DNA of 64,000 bases from Alkalispirochaeta sp. (GTDB lineage Bacteria > Spirochaetota > Spirochaetia > DSM-27196 > Alkalispirochaetaceae): assembly GCA_965601925.1 (NCBI GenBank), contig OZ271854.1:1600001-1664000 (forward strand), given 5' to 3'. The notes beneath the pieces were generated by a model that did not search any database, was not told the origin of the DNA, and was given only the letters and a program-made list of their open reading frames with translations. The translations under genes were made by a program, and so were the position numbers. This document shows, piece after piece, positions 40,286-50,366 of the stretch (positions are counted from its first letter, which is position 1; each line of letters opens with the position of its first letter).

Positions 40286-41473
40286 ATGGCCCACGAACAG
40301 AGAAATCGCCATCGACACGACAATACGATTCGCGTTCTTGAGGCGTTATGGCGCCATACCGGTGTGAGTCGCGCCGAGTTGGCGCGTGCGCTCAGGCTCG
40401 ACCGCTCGACTATCGGTTCTATCGTCGAACAGCTGCTCTCACTGCGTCTCGTTACCGAGTTTGATACGCCGATCCCTTCGCATAACACCAGAGGTGCCGT
40501 CGGCGGGAGGCCTCCCGTCTCCCTCGCCATTGCGCCGGATTGCGGCTTCTCGATCGGTATCGAACTCTCGTCGCGGCTGATCACCGTGGTCGCCACCGAC
40601 TTAGGCGGCACCGTTGTCGGGCAGCGAAATGTACCGTTTAAGAGCACGAGCCGTCTTTCCGAGTCGGTTATCGAGGCGATTCGCGCTCTTACGACCGAGA
40701 CGAGTCGTCGTTTTTCCGCCGGGCCGCTCGCCGTTGCCGTCGGCGTGCCGGGAATTGTCGATGCTCACGGAGAGGCGATTGTCCTCTCTCGGGAACTCAA
40801 CGTCACCGAGAAGACACCTCTGGCGTCCCACGTGTCCGCGGAGCTTGGCGTTCCCGTGTGGCTTCTCAACGATGCCGATGCGTGTGCGGTCGGTGAGATC
40901 GAGTACGGCGATGCAGGTAGAGGGCGCGACATGCTCTTCGTTTTGGTTCGTTATCGGGCCGAACCCATCACGGTACACGCCGGTCTGGGTGTCGTGCTCG
41001 ACGGTCACCTGCGAGAGGCTCGCACCGGTGCCGGTAGAGAGTTTCGTTCTCCGTTCGTCTCGCGGAGCTCCATGGACCAGTTTGCCGTCACTGAACGATA
41101 TCGGTCGGGGCGGCTCGACTCCGGCGAACCGCTCGAGGAGGCCTTTGCCGACGAGCTTGCGGCATCAATCTCGTTTCTGGTCCACGCTCTCGATTTGAGA
41201 CGAATCGTCTTGGGAGGCGACGTGATAGAGGGCGAGCTCGACTATCGTCTTTTCGACTCCCGTCTTCGTCGCCGAGTGAGTCGTGATACCGCGCGCGTCG
41301 ACGACCAACCGCTTGAAGTACGACGCCCCACGCAGCCCGAGTATTCCGTCGCCTGGGGCGCGTCGGCCGTCGCGATCCGACGCTTGTTCGAGACGCGGCG
41401 GTTCCCCGTGAGATATCCATCGGTCGCGCCGTTGGCGCGTCGCAAAGTCACCCAAGGAGGTACACAATCGTGA
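40286..41473 (+). CDS. ROK family transcriptional regulator
   Basis: N-terminal HTH SRAELAR...STI, GGRP, VGVPGIVD, NDADACAVGE. Confidence 0.9.
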   Translation: MAHEQRNRHRHDNTIRVLEALWRHTGVSRAELARALRLDRSTIGSIVEQLLSLRLVTEFDTPIPSHNTRGAVGGRPPVSLAIAPDCGFSIGIELSSRLITVVATDLGGTVVGQRNVPFKSTSRLSESVIEAIRALTTETSRRFSAGPLAVAVGVPGIVDAHGEAIVLSRELNVTEKTPLASHVSAELGVPVWLLNDADACAVGEIEYGDAGRGRDMLFVLVRYRAEPITVHAGLGVVLDGHLREARTGAGREFRSPFVSRSSMDQFAVTERYRSGRLDSGEPLEEAFADELAASISFLVHALDLRRIVLGGDVIEGELDYRLFDSRLRRRVSRDTARVDDQPLEVRRPTQPEYSVAWGASAVAIRRLFETRRFPVRYPSVAPLARRKVTQGGTQS

Positions 41474-42708
41474 AACGAGTTGTGTTGTTTGTGCTGGCGA
41501 TCATGGTGATGACTACTTCAGCGAGCGTCGTCTTCGCCGGAGGATCGCAAGAGGAGACGAGGCCCGAGCGGCTCGTCTATTTGACGCCGCCGTGGGGCGC
41601 GCCGTCTGACGAGGTCGTCGCCGCCTTCGAGGCGGAGACCGGTATCGAGTTGGAAGTCGCGACGGTCGATATCGACGCCGGCCGTAATCGCGTGCTCACC
41701 GCCGCCGCGGGTCGCACCGGCGCCGCCGACGTCATGTTCGTAAGTGCCGATACGTACGCCGCGTTTCGCAGTGCAGGCGCGATCGCTCCGCTGGGCGACC
41801 TGGCGTCTCAGGCGATGCTGGATACGTTGACCGGCGTCGATCAGTTCGTCATCGAAGACGAGTTGTGGGCCGTGCCGCTGTATCAGCAGATGGTTATGCT
41901 CAACTACGATTCGAGCGCCCTCGAGGCGATCGGGTTGAGCGCCGACGACATTCGCGACTGGGACGATTTTGAGGCGGCGCTCGCCACCTTCAAGGAACGG
42001 GGGGTATACGAGTATCCGTACGCCGCCGGTATTCGGCCGTGGACGTGGTATCTCACCGCCCTCTCAAGCGGATCCGCGCTCTTCGATGCGAACAACGAGC
42101 CGCTCTTTGACGACCCGGCCGATCCGGCCTACGCCGCCTTTGTGCGTGTCCTGGGTTTCTTCGATCAGGGATTCATCTCTCCCGAACGACTCTCGTCGGC
42201 CAATCCGCATCCGAGCTTTTGGGCGGGACAAGCGGCTTTTCACCAGGCGTGGCAGGGTGCCTTGGCCATCGCCAACGATCCGGAACGCAGCCAGGTGGCG
42301 CCCAACGTCGATTATCTGTTGCTTCCCGAGGAGCACTCGACCTGGTTGCTTCCCGCCGGACTCACGGTGAGCGCGTACACCGACTACCCGGAAGCTTCGA
42401 TGGAGTTGATCGAGTTTCTCACGCAAGACCTTATGCAACGGCACCTGTTTGACGCCAACGGTCTCTTTCCCGCCAACACCGATGTGTTTGACGCACTCGG
42501 GGACGCCGGCGAGATCGAAGGATTCGCAGTAATGGCCGAGCAGTCGCGACACCTGACCTCCCTTCCCTACGACCAACCCTGGTACATCGAGTTTGAAAAA
42601 GAGGCGGAACAGACGATGTTGCGCGTGGCCCGCGGCGAACAGACCGCCCCGGACGCCTTGGCGTACCTCGGCGAGTTCGCCCGCGGCCTCAAGGCGGAGT
42701 ACGAGTAA
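41470..42708 (+). CDS. Carbohydrate ABC transporter substrate-binding protein
   Basis: Signal peptide ending VFAGGSQEE, FEAETGI, LWAVP (SBP family 1). Confidence 0.88.
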   Translation: MKRVVLFVLAIMVMTTSASVVFAGGSQEETRPERLVYLTPPWGAPSDEVVAAFEAETGIELEVATVDIDAGRNRVLTAAAGRTGAADVMFVSADTYAAFRSAGAIAPLGDLASQAMLDTLTGVDQFVIEDELWAVPLYQQMVMLNYDSSALEAIGLSADDIRDWDDFEAALATFKERGVYEYPYAAGIRPWTWYLTALSSGSALFDANNEPLFDDPADPAYAAFVRVLGFFDQGFISPERLSSANPHPSFWAGQAAFHQAWQGALAIANDPERSQVAPNVDYLLLPEEHSTWLLPAGLTVSAYTDYPEASMELIEFLTQDLMQRHLFDANGLFPANTDVFDALGDAGEIEGFAVMAEQSRHLTSLPYDQPWYIEFEKEAEQTMLRVARGEQTAPDALAYLGEFARGLKAEYE

Positions 42709-42709
42709 C

Positions 42710-43636
42710 GTGTCCGATCCCAAGGCCCCCGGGACGCGTCCCGGGGGCTCCCTGCTTGCGCGCCGCCTCGATAACGAGCGTGTCCTTGCGTACGCGATTC
42801 TCGTCCCGACGATCACGCTCGTGGTCGTCTTCGGTCACGTGCCGGCGCTGTCGAGCCTCCGTCTCGCCTTTATGCGCTTCAACATCCTGCAGCCCGGGCG
42901 CACCGCCTTCGTCGGACTGGAAAACTTCGCGTACGTTCTCACCGATCCCGACTTTCACGCCGCGCTCCTGCGCGTCGCCTGGTTCATTCTCCTCGGATTG
43001 GTTCTCGTGCTCGGTGTTGCGCTTTTGTTCGCCCTCGTACTGAATGAGAACTTCCGTGGACGGGGGCTGATTCGAACGATCGTGATCCTCCCCTGGGCGA
43101 TTCCCCCGGTGGTGTCCGGACACATGTGGAAGTGGATCTTCAACGGTGAATACGGCGCCTTCAACGGATTGCTCCTTCAACTGGGAGTTATCGACGAGTA
43201 TCAGTTTTGGCTCTCCGAGCCCTTGGCCGCGCTCAGCGCCGCTTCATTCGTCTTCGTTTGGCGGTATGTGCCCTTCGTTACCGTGCTGTTTCTCGGTGTA
43301 TTGCAGTCTATTCCGGCCGAACTGTACGAGAGCGCCGCGGTGGACGGTGCGGGGCCGCTCAGACGGTTCCTGTTCATAACCGTGCCGCAACTTGCCGCAG
43401 TCGGAGCCATTGCGATCGTGCTTACCGTCATAACGTCGTTCAATGTGTTCGACGAGATCTTTGCATTGACCGGTCCGCAAGAGGTGACGCGTACGCCGAT
43501 GATCTACAACTATGAGACGACCTTCATCCAGGGACGCTTCGGTCGCGGCGCAGCGATGGCGTATCTCACGGGGCTGGTACTGTTTGCCTTCTCCATCATC
43601 TATATGCGTCTCTCCCTCAAGGAGAGCGACCTATGA
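42710..43636 (+). CDS. Carbohydrate ABC transporter permease
   Basis: FVGLENF, LPWAIP, ELYESAAVDGA (EAA loop). Confidence 0.93.
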   Translation: MSDPKAPGTRPGGSLLARRLDNERVLAYAILVPTITLVVVFGHVPALSSLRLAFMRFNILQPGRTAFVGLENFAYVLTDPDFHAALLRVAWFILLGLVLVLGVALLFALVLNENFRGRGLIRTIVILPWAIPPVVSGHMWKWIFNGEYGAFNGLLLQLGVIDEYQFWLSEPLAALSAASFVFVWRYVPFVTVLFLGVLQSIPAELYESAAVDGAGPLRRFLFITVPQLAAVGAIAIVLTVITSFNVFDEIFALTGPQEVTRTPMIYNYETTFIQGRFGRGAAMAYLTGLVLFAFSIIYMRLSLKESDL

Positions 43637-44511
43637 GCCGGGTCTCGACGCTCCGCCGTAAGAATCGACCCTGGCATTACGTCGCCGGCGCGGTGCTGGT
43701 GCTGTGGAGTCTCCTGCCGATTGTATGGATTTTCGTCTCCTCGATCTCCACGAGGGCCGAGCTCTACTCAGTTCCCCCCAACTGGATACCGCAGTCCCCG
43801 ACCTTCGAGGCGTATCGGACCGTGCTCTTCCGGGGCGAGGGATTTCGCGGTGGCGAGGGGCAGGCGGCGTCCCAGCTCATTCGGGCCGGTATTCGCAATT
43901 CCTTGATCATCGCCGTCTCGACGACCGCACTGGTCATGGGAATCGCCCCCCTGTTGGGCTACACTTTCGGACGTCTCCGCTTCCCCGGACGACGGTTTTT
44001 CTTCTTTTTCGTTCTCGCTCTCATCGCGCTGCCGGGATGGCCCATTATCATCGGACTCTTTCCGATGATGGCGCAGTTGCAGCTCCTCGATACTCGGTTC
44101 GGCCTGATTCTACTACTCTTCACCTACCGAATTCCCTTCGAGATGTGGTTCATGACCGGGTACTTCCGGCAGGTGCCGAGAGAGATCGAGGAAGCGGCAC
44201 GTGTCGACGGCTGTACGCGGCTCCAGGCGCTGTATCGCATCATCATCTTTATCGTGCAGCCCGGTATTATCGCCGTCTCGATAATCAGCTTTCTCCACAG
44301 TTGGAACTTCTTTCTGGTTCCCTTGATCATGGCGTACACGCTCAGGAGTAAGCCGCTGACGGTGACGATCACCGAATTTGTCGGACAGTTCTTTGTGCAA
44401 TGGGATTTGATGTCTGCAGCGACCATCATCGCGATCGTGCCGCCTCTCATCATGGTATTCGTGTTCCAGCGCTACATCGTGAAGGGTCTCTCCGCCGGCG
44501 CGATCAAATAA
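43633..44511 (+). CDS. Carbohydrate ABC transporter permease
   Basis: NSL, EIEEAARVDG, FQRYIVKGL..GAIK. Confidence 0.93.
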   Translation: MSRVSTLRRKNRPWHYVAGAVLVLWSLLPIVWIFVSSISTRAELYSVPPNWIPQSPTFEAYRTVLFRGEGFRGGEGQAASQLIRAGIRNSLIIAVSTTALVMGIAPLLGYTFGRLRFPGRRFFFFFVLALIALPGWPIIIGLFPMMAQLQLLDTRFGLILLLFTYRIPFEMWFMTGYFRQVPREIEEAARVDGCTRLQALYRIIIFIVQPGIIAVSIISFLHSWNFFLVPLIMAYTLRSKPLTVTITEFVGQFFVQWDLMSAATIIAIVPPLIMVFVFQRYIVKGLSAGAIK

Positions 44512-44531
44512 TTTCTTGTTCGGAGGATAGT

Positions 44532-46502
44532 GTGAGCGCTCATTCACAAACCTTGTACGACCTTGCCGTTCGTATGGCCCCGGTTCCGCATAGCGTTCGA
44601 AACGGTGCGGCCGACGCCTATTACAGGGGACCGTTTCCCTCGTCCGACGAGTTGGCGGCCTATCGGGTCGGGGACCGGCTACCCGCACCGTTCGCCGACG
44701 CCGGCGCGCTTACCGTCGATATCGCGGACGATACGGTGAGCGAGGCGTTCCGAATCGAGATTGACGAGAAGACTATAGCCGTCTCCGCCGCGGGCGCTAC
44801 CGGACGGTTCTACGCGGTGGGCGCGGTGCGTCAACTCATGACGATTGCGCAAAGCGGTCGATCAAAGGGTAACGTGCGCCTTCCCTGCGGCACGCTGACC
44901 GACAGGCCCGAGCTCGGCGACCGTGGATTCATGCTCGACGTGAGCCGCAATCGCGTTCCCACCCGCGAGACCTTGGTGGAGCTGCTCGATCTCCTGGCAA
45001 TGGTGCGCTACAACCATTTGGAGCTCTACTTCGAGCACGTCTTCGCCTATCGCGACCACGAAGAGGTATGGCGGGAGACCGGCACCGTTACGGCCGAGGA
45101 CATCCGCTGGCTCGACCGCGAGTGCTCCTCGCGCGGTATCGAACTCGTGCCGAACCAGAACAGCTTCGGCCACCTCGTCGGCTGGTTGCGCCACGAGCGC
45201 TACCGCTCTCTCGCCGAGGCGCCCGACGGTTTCTCGGACCCGTGGGGAAACCACTACGACCACCCCTTCTCTTTGTGCCCCGTCGAGCCCGCCGTTCCCG
45301 GATTCTTGGCGGAGCTGTACGACGAGCTGTTGCCGAACTTCAGGAGTCGGCGGTTTAACGTCGGGCTCGACGAGACGTTTGATCTGGGGCAAGGGCGCAG
45401 CGCGGAACGCATTGCGGAGCTCGCGGCCGTCGAACGGAATGCGCATCCCGAGATCGACGACGACACTGCGCGCCACCGGGCTACCGGACGCGTATACCTG
45501 GAGATGCTGCGGGCCGTCCACGCTCTCGTGGCGGAGCGCGGGCGACAGATGTACTTCTGGGGCGATATCATCCAGAATCACCCCGAGCTGGTCGGCGAAC
45601 TTCCCGGCGACGTCGTCGCCGTAGAGTGGGGATACGAGGCCGACCACGATTTCGATGCGCGGTGCGGTCGATTACGAGCGGCTAACGTTCCCTTTTTGGT
45701 GGCGCCCGGTACCTCCGCGTGGAACAGCGCCGGCGGGCGATTCGATACGGCGCGCGTCAATATCCGCAGTGCAGTGGATGCTGCTCACCGGTACGGCGGC
45801 CGGGGCGTGCTGATGACCGATTGGGGCGATAACGGTGACCTTGCCCCGGCGACGGTTGCACTCCCGGCCCTCGTACTCGCCGGGTGCCTGTCCTGGAATC
45901 CGCGCGGTGCGGCGACGCAGGAGACCGTCTCTTCCGCCGGCGATACCGGGTATGTGGAGCCCGATGCATTCGAATGGTTGCGGCTCCACCTGTTTAGCGA
46001 CGAAGACGGCTCACTTACCGCGGCGCTACGTCTGCTCAACACGCTCGATGAGCCCAACGGCGCGCAGAGGATTCACAACGCGTCAATCCTCGCGGTCGCA
46101 CTGCTCACCTTCGATTTGCCCTCGTACGGAAGCGCCGTGGCCGAGTTCGACCCTGCCGTCATAGATGCGCTCCATATGCGCGCTTATGAGGCGCGCTCGC
46201 TCCTCGTCGGCGATCCGTCGGGAGAAGGGGATATGGCGTCCGCCGGGACCGATGCGGTCACTCATTTCCGCGAGGAACTCGTCTTTGCCTGCGATCTTGC
46301 CTTGTACGCCGTCGAGATACTGCGCATTCGCAGCGGTGAAACGACCGCAGGCGGTAATCTTGCCGCGCGAATAGACGAACTCGACGACCGATTCTCGCAG
46401 TTGTGGTCGGCGCGCTATCGCCCCGGGGGCCTCGACGACAGCCGTCGATGGTTGAGAAAGGCGGCGCGCGATCTCGGATTCGACGGGGAGCGGTCGTCGT
46501 GA
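44532..46502 (+). CDS. Glycoside hydrolase family 20 (beta-N-acetylhexosaminidase-like)
   Basis: RGFMLDVSR, IELVPNQNSFGH, NVGLDE catalytic pair, WGD, TDWGD. Confidence 0.88.
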   Translation: MSAHSQTLYDLAVRMAPVPHSVRNGAADAYYRGPFPSSDELAAYRVGDRLPAPFADAGALTVDIADDTVSEAFRIEIDEKTIAVSAAGATGRFYAVGAVRQLMTIAQSGRSKGNVRLPCGTLTDRPELGDRGFMLDVSRNRVPTRETLVELLDLLAMVRYNHLELYFEHVFAYRDHEEVWRETGTVTAEDIRWLDRECSSRGIELVPNQNSFGHLVGWLRHERYRSLAEAPDGFSDPWGNHYDHPFSLCPVEPAVPGFLAELYDELLPNFRSRRFNVGLDETFDLGQGRSAERIAELAAVERNAHPEIDDDTARHRATGRVYLEMLRAVHALVAERGRQMYFWGDIIQNHPELVGELPGDVVAVEWGYEADHDFDARCGRLRAANVPFLVAPGTSAWNSAGGRFDTARVNIRSAVDAAHRYGGRGVLMTDWGDNGDLAPATVALPALVLAGCLSWNPRGAATQETVSSAGDTGYVEPDAFEWLRLHLFSDEDGSLTAALRLLNTLDEPNGAQRIHNASILAVALLTFDLPSYGSAVAEFDPAVIDALHMRAYEARSLLVGDPSGEGDMASAGTDAVTHFREELVFACDLALYAVEILRIRSGETTAGGNLAARIDELDDRFSQLWSARYRPGGLDDSRRWLRKAARDLGFDGERSS

Positions 46503-47977
46503 GCGATGTGCGATTTCGTTTCGGACTCGAGACGCTCCTTGAACAGCCGGCGGACGCGTCGATCTATCGTGCCGGGTATTCGTTCACCGAAGAACCGGCG
46601 TCCGACGGCATCGGGAAGACGCGCGCCGACGACCCGACTCGAGCCGTTTCCGGGAACGCGGCCGGCGCTGCGCAGTATCGAACCGAACGGGTCGGCGGAC
46701 TCTCGCCGCTCCTCGCGGGAAAGCGAGTAGCGGTTCTCTCACATCCCGCCGGCGTAGATGAGAATCTCACACCCGGCATCGATCGCATCGAGTCGTGGCT
46801 CGCCGGGCGCGATCGGGTCGGTGCGGCACCGCCTTCCGGCGCTCGCCTTGCCGCCCTTCTCGGTCCGCAACACGGTCTCCGCGGCGAGAAACAGGACAAC
46901 ATGGTCGAGAGCGAGGACTATACCGACCCTGCTACCGGGTTACCCACCTTCAGCCTGTACGGCACGACGCGGCGTATCGCCGATGCGACGGCCGGTACGT
47001 TCGACATACTCCTCGTCGATCTGCAGGACGTGGGGGTACGCGTCTACACCTTTCTCACCACTCTCGCCTATATCCTGGAGGACTTGGCCGTGCGTCCCGA
47101 CAAGGAGGTCTGGGTGCTCGACCGGCCCAACCCCACCGGACGGCTCGTTGAGGGGCTGTCGCTGGAATCCGGCCACGAGAGTTTCGTAGGAGTCGCGTCG
47201 ATCCCCATGCAGCACGGGCTCACCCTGGGTGAGTTCGCTCTGTGGTATCGCGATACGCGACGACTTGCGACGCGTCTGACCGTCGTCCCGATGACCGGCT
47301 GGAATCCCGCCGATCCCCGAGACGCCTGGCCGGCAGATCGAGTGTGGGTACCGCCGAGTCCCAACATGCCGGGTCTGTATACCGCTCGGGCGTACGCCGG
47401 TACCGTTGTGCTCGAGGGGACGACGCTGTCGGAGGGACGCGGCACGACCCGCCCTCTTTCGGTCATGGGACATCCGGACGTCGATTGGGTGGCCGTCCTC
47501 GATTGGGTGCGGTCGAGTACGTCGGAACACAGCAGCGTCGAGCCGGTCGTGTCATCGCCGGGCCGCCGCAGTGACCTCTACGGAGCCGCGGAACCGGGGA
47601 CTCATCACGCCCTTTCCGGGTGCCGCGTTCGTCGCCTTACCTTTCAGCCGACGTTCCACAAGCATGCACGTGTACCCACCGGCGGGATCGAACTCGTTAC
47701 CGAAGGCCGGTTCTGGGAACCGGAGTACTTTCGCCCGTATCGTCTCGTTGCGGCCGTCCTCAAAGCGATACGAACGCTCCATCCCGATATCGCGTTGTGG
47801 AGCTCCCCGCCGTATGAGTATGAGTTTGAGCGCGTTCCCGTGGATGTGATCACCGGCGGAACGCGATTCCGCGAGTGGGTGGAAGGGACGACGACCATCT
47901 GGGCCGACCTATGCGAGGCGTTGAACGCGGAAGAGGCGGCGTGGCGCGTCGAGAGCCGCCGATGGTGGCTGTATTAA
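46499..47977 (+). CDS. Exo-beta-N-acetylmuramidase NamZ family (DUF1343/GH171)
   Basis: GPQHGLRG, SLYG, DLQDVGVRVYT, LDRPNP, HGLTLGE, PPSPNMP, SEGRGTTRP. Confidence 0.9.
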   Translation: MSDVRFRFGLETLLEQPADASIYRAGYSFTEEPASDGIGKTRADDPTRAVSGNAAGAAQYRTERVGGLSPLLAGKRVAVLSHPAGVDENLTPGIDRIESWLAGRDRVGAAPPSGARLAALLGPQHGLRGEKQDNMVESEDYTDPATGLPTFSLYGTTRRIADATAGTFDILLVDLQDVGVRVYTFLTTLAYILEDLAVRPDKEVWVLDRPNPTGRLVEGLSLESGHESFVGVASIPMQHGLTLGEFALWYRDTRRLATRLTVVPMTGWNPADPRDAWPADRVWVPPSPNMPGLYTARAYAGTVVLEGTTLSEGRGTTRPLSVMGHPDVDWVAVLDWVRSSTSEHSSVEPVVSSPGRRSDLYGAAEPGTHHALSGCRVRRLTFQPTFHKHARVPTGGIELVTEGRFWEPEYFRPYRLVAAVLKAIRTLHPDIALWSSPPYEYEFERVPVDVITGGTRFREWVEGTTTIWADLCEALNAEEAAWRVESRRWWLY

Positions 47978-48207
47978 GAGCGAGCGTCTCCCGGTTACCC
48001 GAGCTTAGATCCTACATTCTTCGTGCATCGGAAGATGTACGCGCATTCAGCTATTGCAAATGCGACACCCACGGCGATCGCACGTTATTTCTATGGCTAC
48101 AACGATGTCATATCTATCGCCTACGGGGACGGTCGGCGCGTCTCCTGCACACGGGAACATTGCGCCCCCGATTCACCGGCGGTGCGCCGTCGAGGACGGC
48201 TCTGAGC

Positions 48208-48579
48208 TTACCGATTTCGATCTATTGTAATCGTCTGTACGCGTAATCTTTCACCATCACGAGCCATTTCGTGCTCCGTCGTTCGTACGAGGTCGCCTTC
48301 CAGGATCCGAAGACTTCGCGCCAACGCGGCAGGTATCTCCACGTACACCGTCGCCCCGTCCGGCTGGCGTACGGTCAACTCGAGCGCGCCGTCGGCCAGC
48401 GTCGCTACCGCCACCACCTCACCCGATAGCGGGCCGGTAGCGCGCTGGCGCACGCCGTCGGCCGCATCGTCACGTTCTCGTGCACCGCCGGCCGACGCCG
48501 GTGCTATACCTATCAGCATCATAGCCGCTATCGTTACCACCGTCAGAAGTATTCCGATCGCGCGGTATCCGTGGTTCAT
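48208..48579 (-). CDS. Hypothetical exported protein
   Basis: Hydrophobic signal peptide ending ASA-GG; small beta-rich body. Confidence 0.55.
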   Translation of the reverse strand: MNHGYRAIGILLTVVTIAAMMLIGIAPASAGGARERDDAADGVRQRATGPLSGEVVAVATLADGALELTVRQPDGATVYVEIPAALARSLRILEGDLVRTTEHEMARDGERLRVQTITIDRNR

Positions 48580-48732
48580 GTTCTCATTCATGCACGAAAA
48601 GCATAGACCACCGGCGCGGGAAAAACCATCCGGTTCCACCGGTCATGACGAATCGTATGGAGTGTTACCGCGACGACTTCCTTTCAAGGTTCCCTTGCAT
48701 TCAACGGTAAAACACTGCACAGTGTCTTAAGC

Positions 48733-49821
48733 ATGACCGGTAGTAACTCCTCTCTTTCAGGCGCGGGCTCTTCCGCGTCCGAACGTTCGCCGATAGCCGT
48801 GTTCGGTATCGGAAATCCGCTCATCGATGTGGTGATTCAAGCCCGCGACGAGGACCTCACGGCGCTCTCCCTGGACAAGGGGATTATGCACCTGGTTACC
48901 GGTGAGCGACAGCAAGAGATCCTTACGTATTTCGGCGACGCCGAGCGTACCCTCCTTCCCGGAGGGTCGGCTCCCAATACGCTCATCGCCCTGGCGGGAC
49001 TCGGTGTTCCGGCCGTCGTCTGCGGCAAAATAGGCGACGATGATTTCGGGAAGACCTACAACGAACAAGTTGCCTCCTACGGCATCACCTCCCGGCTCAT
49101 AACGGGCGACGGTGCCACCGGCTCGAGCATCATTCTCGTCACTCCCGACGGCGAACGAACGATGAACACCCACTTGGGAATGTGTCAGGAGTTCGGCGTC
49201 GGAGACCTCGACGAGGCGCTTCTTCGCCGATCGCAATATCTCTATTTCACGGGGTACATGTGGGATACTGAGGTGCAGAAGGCGGCAATCCGACGCGCCA
49301 TAGAGGTCGCCCACGACTCGGGTGTCACGATCGCCTTCGATCTGGCGGATCCGTTCGCTGTAGAACGCTACCGCGACGATTTCCTGGACCTGCTGGAGCA
49401 TAGCGTCGACATCGTGTTCGCCAATCGCGCGGAGGCTCGCATTCTCTACGGAACGGAGGATTCCCACGAAGCGGTGCGGGCACTGTGTCGATCGACTGCC
49501 ATCGCAGTCCTCAAAGTCGGCAGGGATGGGTCGGTTGTGGCGGAACGGACGCTCGGCGCACGAAGTGGGAGTTCGTCATCGGACGTGCCCGTTATCACTT
49601 CGGTCCAGGGGCGGCCGATACAGGCGGTCGACTCCACCGGTGCGGGAGACATGTTCGCCGCCGGCTTTCTTTCGGCGTTGGCGCGTGGAAAAGGAGCGGT
49701 AGCGGCCGCTCGATCAGCAGGATGGCTCGCCGAGGAGATCATTCAACGGGTAGGGGCCCAGTTTTCGGTGGAGCACATTCGTGCGTTGCGAGCCGAAATA
49801 GATGCGGCAATCGCTCGCTAG
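48733..49821 (+). CDS. PfkB family kinase (adenosine kinase-like)
   Basis: GIGNPLID, GGSAPN, PDGERTM, DSTGAGDMFAAGF. Confidence 0.9.
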   Translation: MTGSNSSLSGAGSSASERSPIAVFGIGNPLIDVVIQARDEDLTALSLDKGIMHLVTGERQQEILTYFGDAERTLLPGGSAPNTLIALAGLGVPAVVCGKIGDDDFGKTYNEQVASYGITSRLITGDGATGSSIILVTPDGERTMNTHLGMCQEFGVGDLDEALLRRSQYLYFTGYMWDTEVQKAAIRRAIEVAHDSGVTIAFDLADPFAVERYRDDFLDLLEHSVDIVFANRAEARILYGTEDSHEAVRALCRSTAIAVLKVGRDGSVVAERTLGARSGSSSSDVPVITSVQGRPIQAVDSTGAGDMFAAGFLSALARGKGAVAAARSAGWLAEEIIQRVGAQFSVEHIRALRAEIDAAIAR

Positions 49822-50366
49822 ATTTCCACCGCTCGAGTACACGGTGTTTCGGAATGATAGTACTGGGGAGCTACTCGCCCACGGCGATTTCCGTTCCGCC
49901 GGTGGTTTTCCGGAAAGGGGTCTTCGTGACCGCTGGATGTGAGGTCTTGTTTGGAAGGGATGAGGGCGCTCCGATCACCGGAATGACGTCGGAAGACGTG
50001 CATAAACATATGTATAGATAATGCATCGGTAAAAAAAGACGATGTGTGCGTTCATACCTTGAACAATACTCGCGGAACGATATACTCGAAGGCGAATACA
50101 GTTCAGTGTTCAATGTTTGAACACCAATCCACGAGATTCACGGCGATAAGCGGCTTACAGGAAGATGTCGAGCGGCTTCCATCGTCCACCACGTGCGGGA
50201 CTGCGTTTCGGCCGGCCCGCGTCGCTCGAGGATTTCTAACTGGGTGTGTCCCTGTGCGACCGGTACGTTCGCACCGGCACATTTCATAGGTATAGGTGCG
50301 TCCGCACGGCGGATGGAGCGTTTGAACGCTCAATCCGCACGTCCGATGACCCATTCGATCAGTTCC

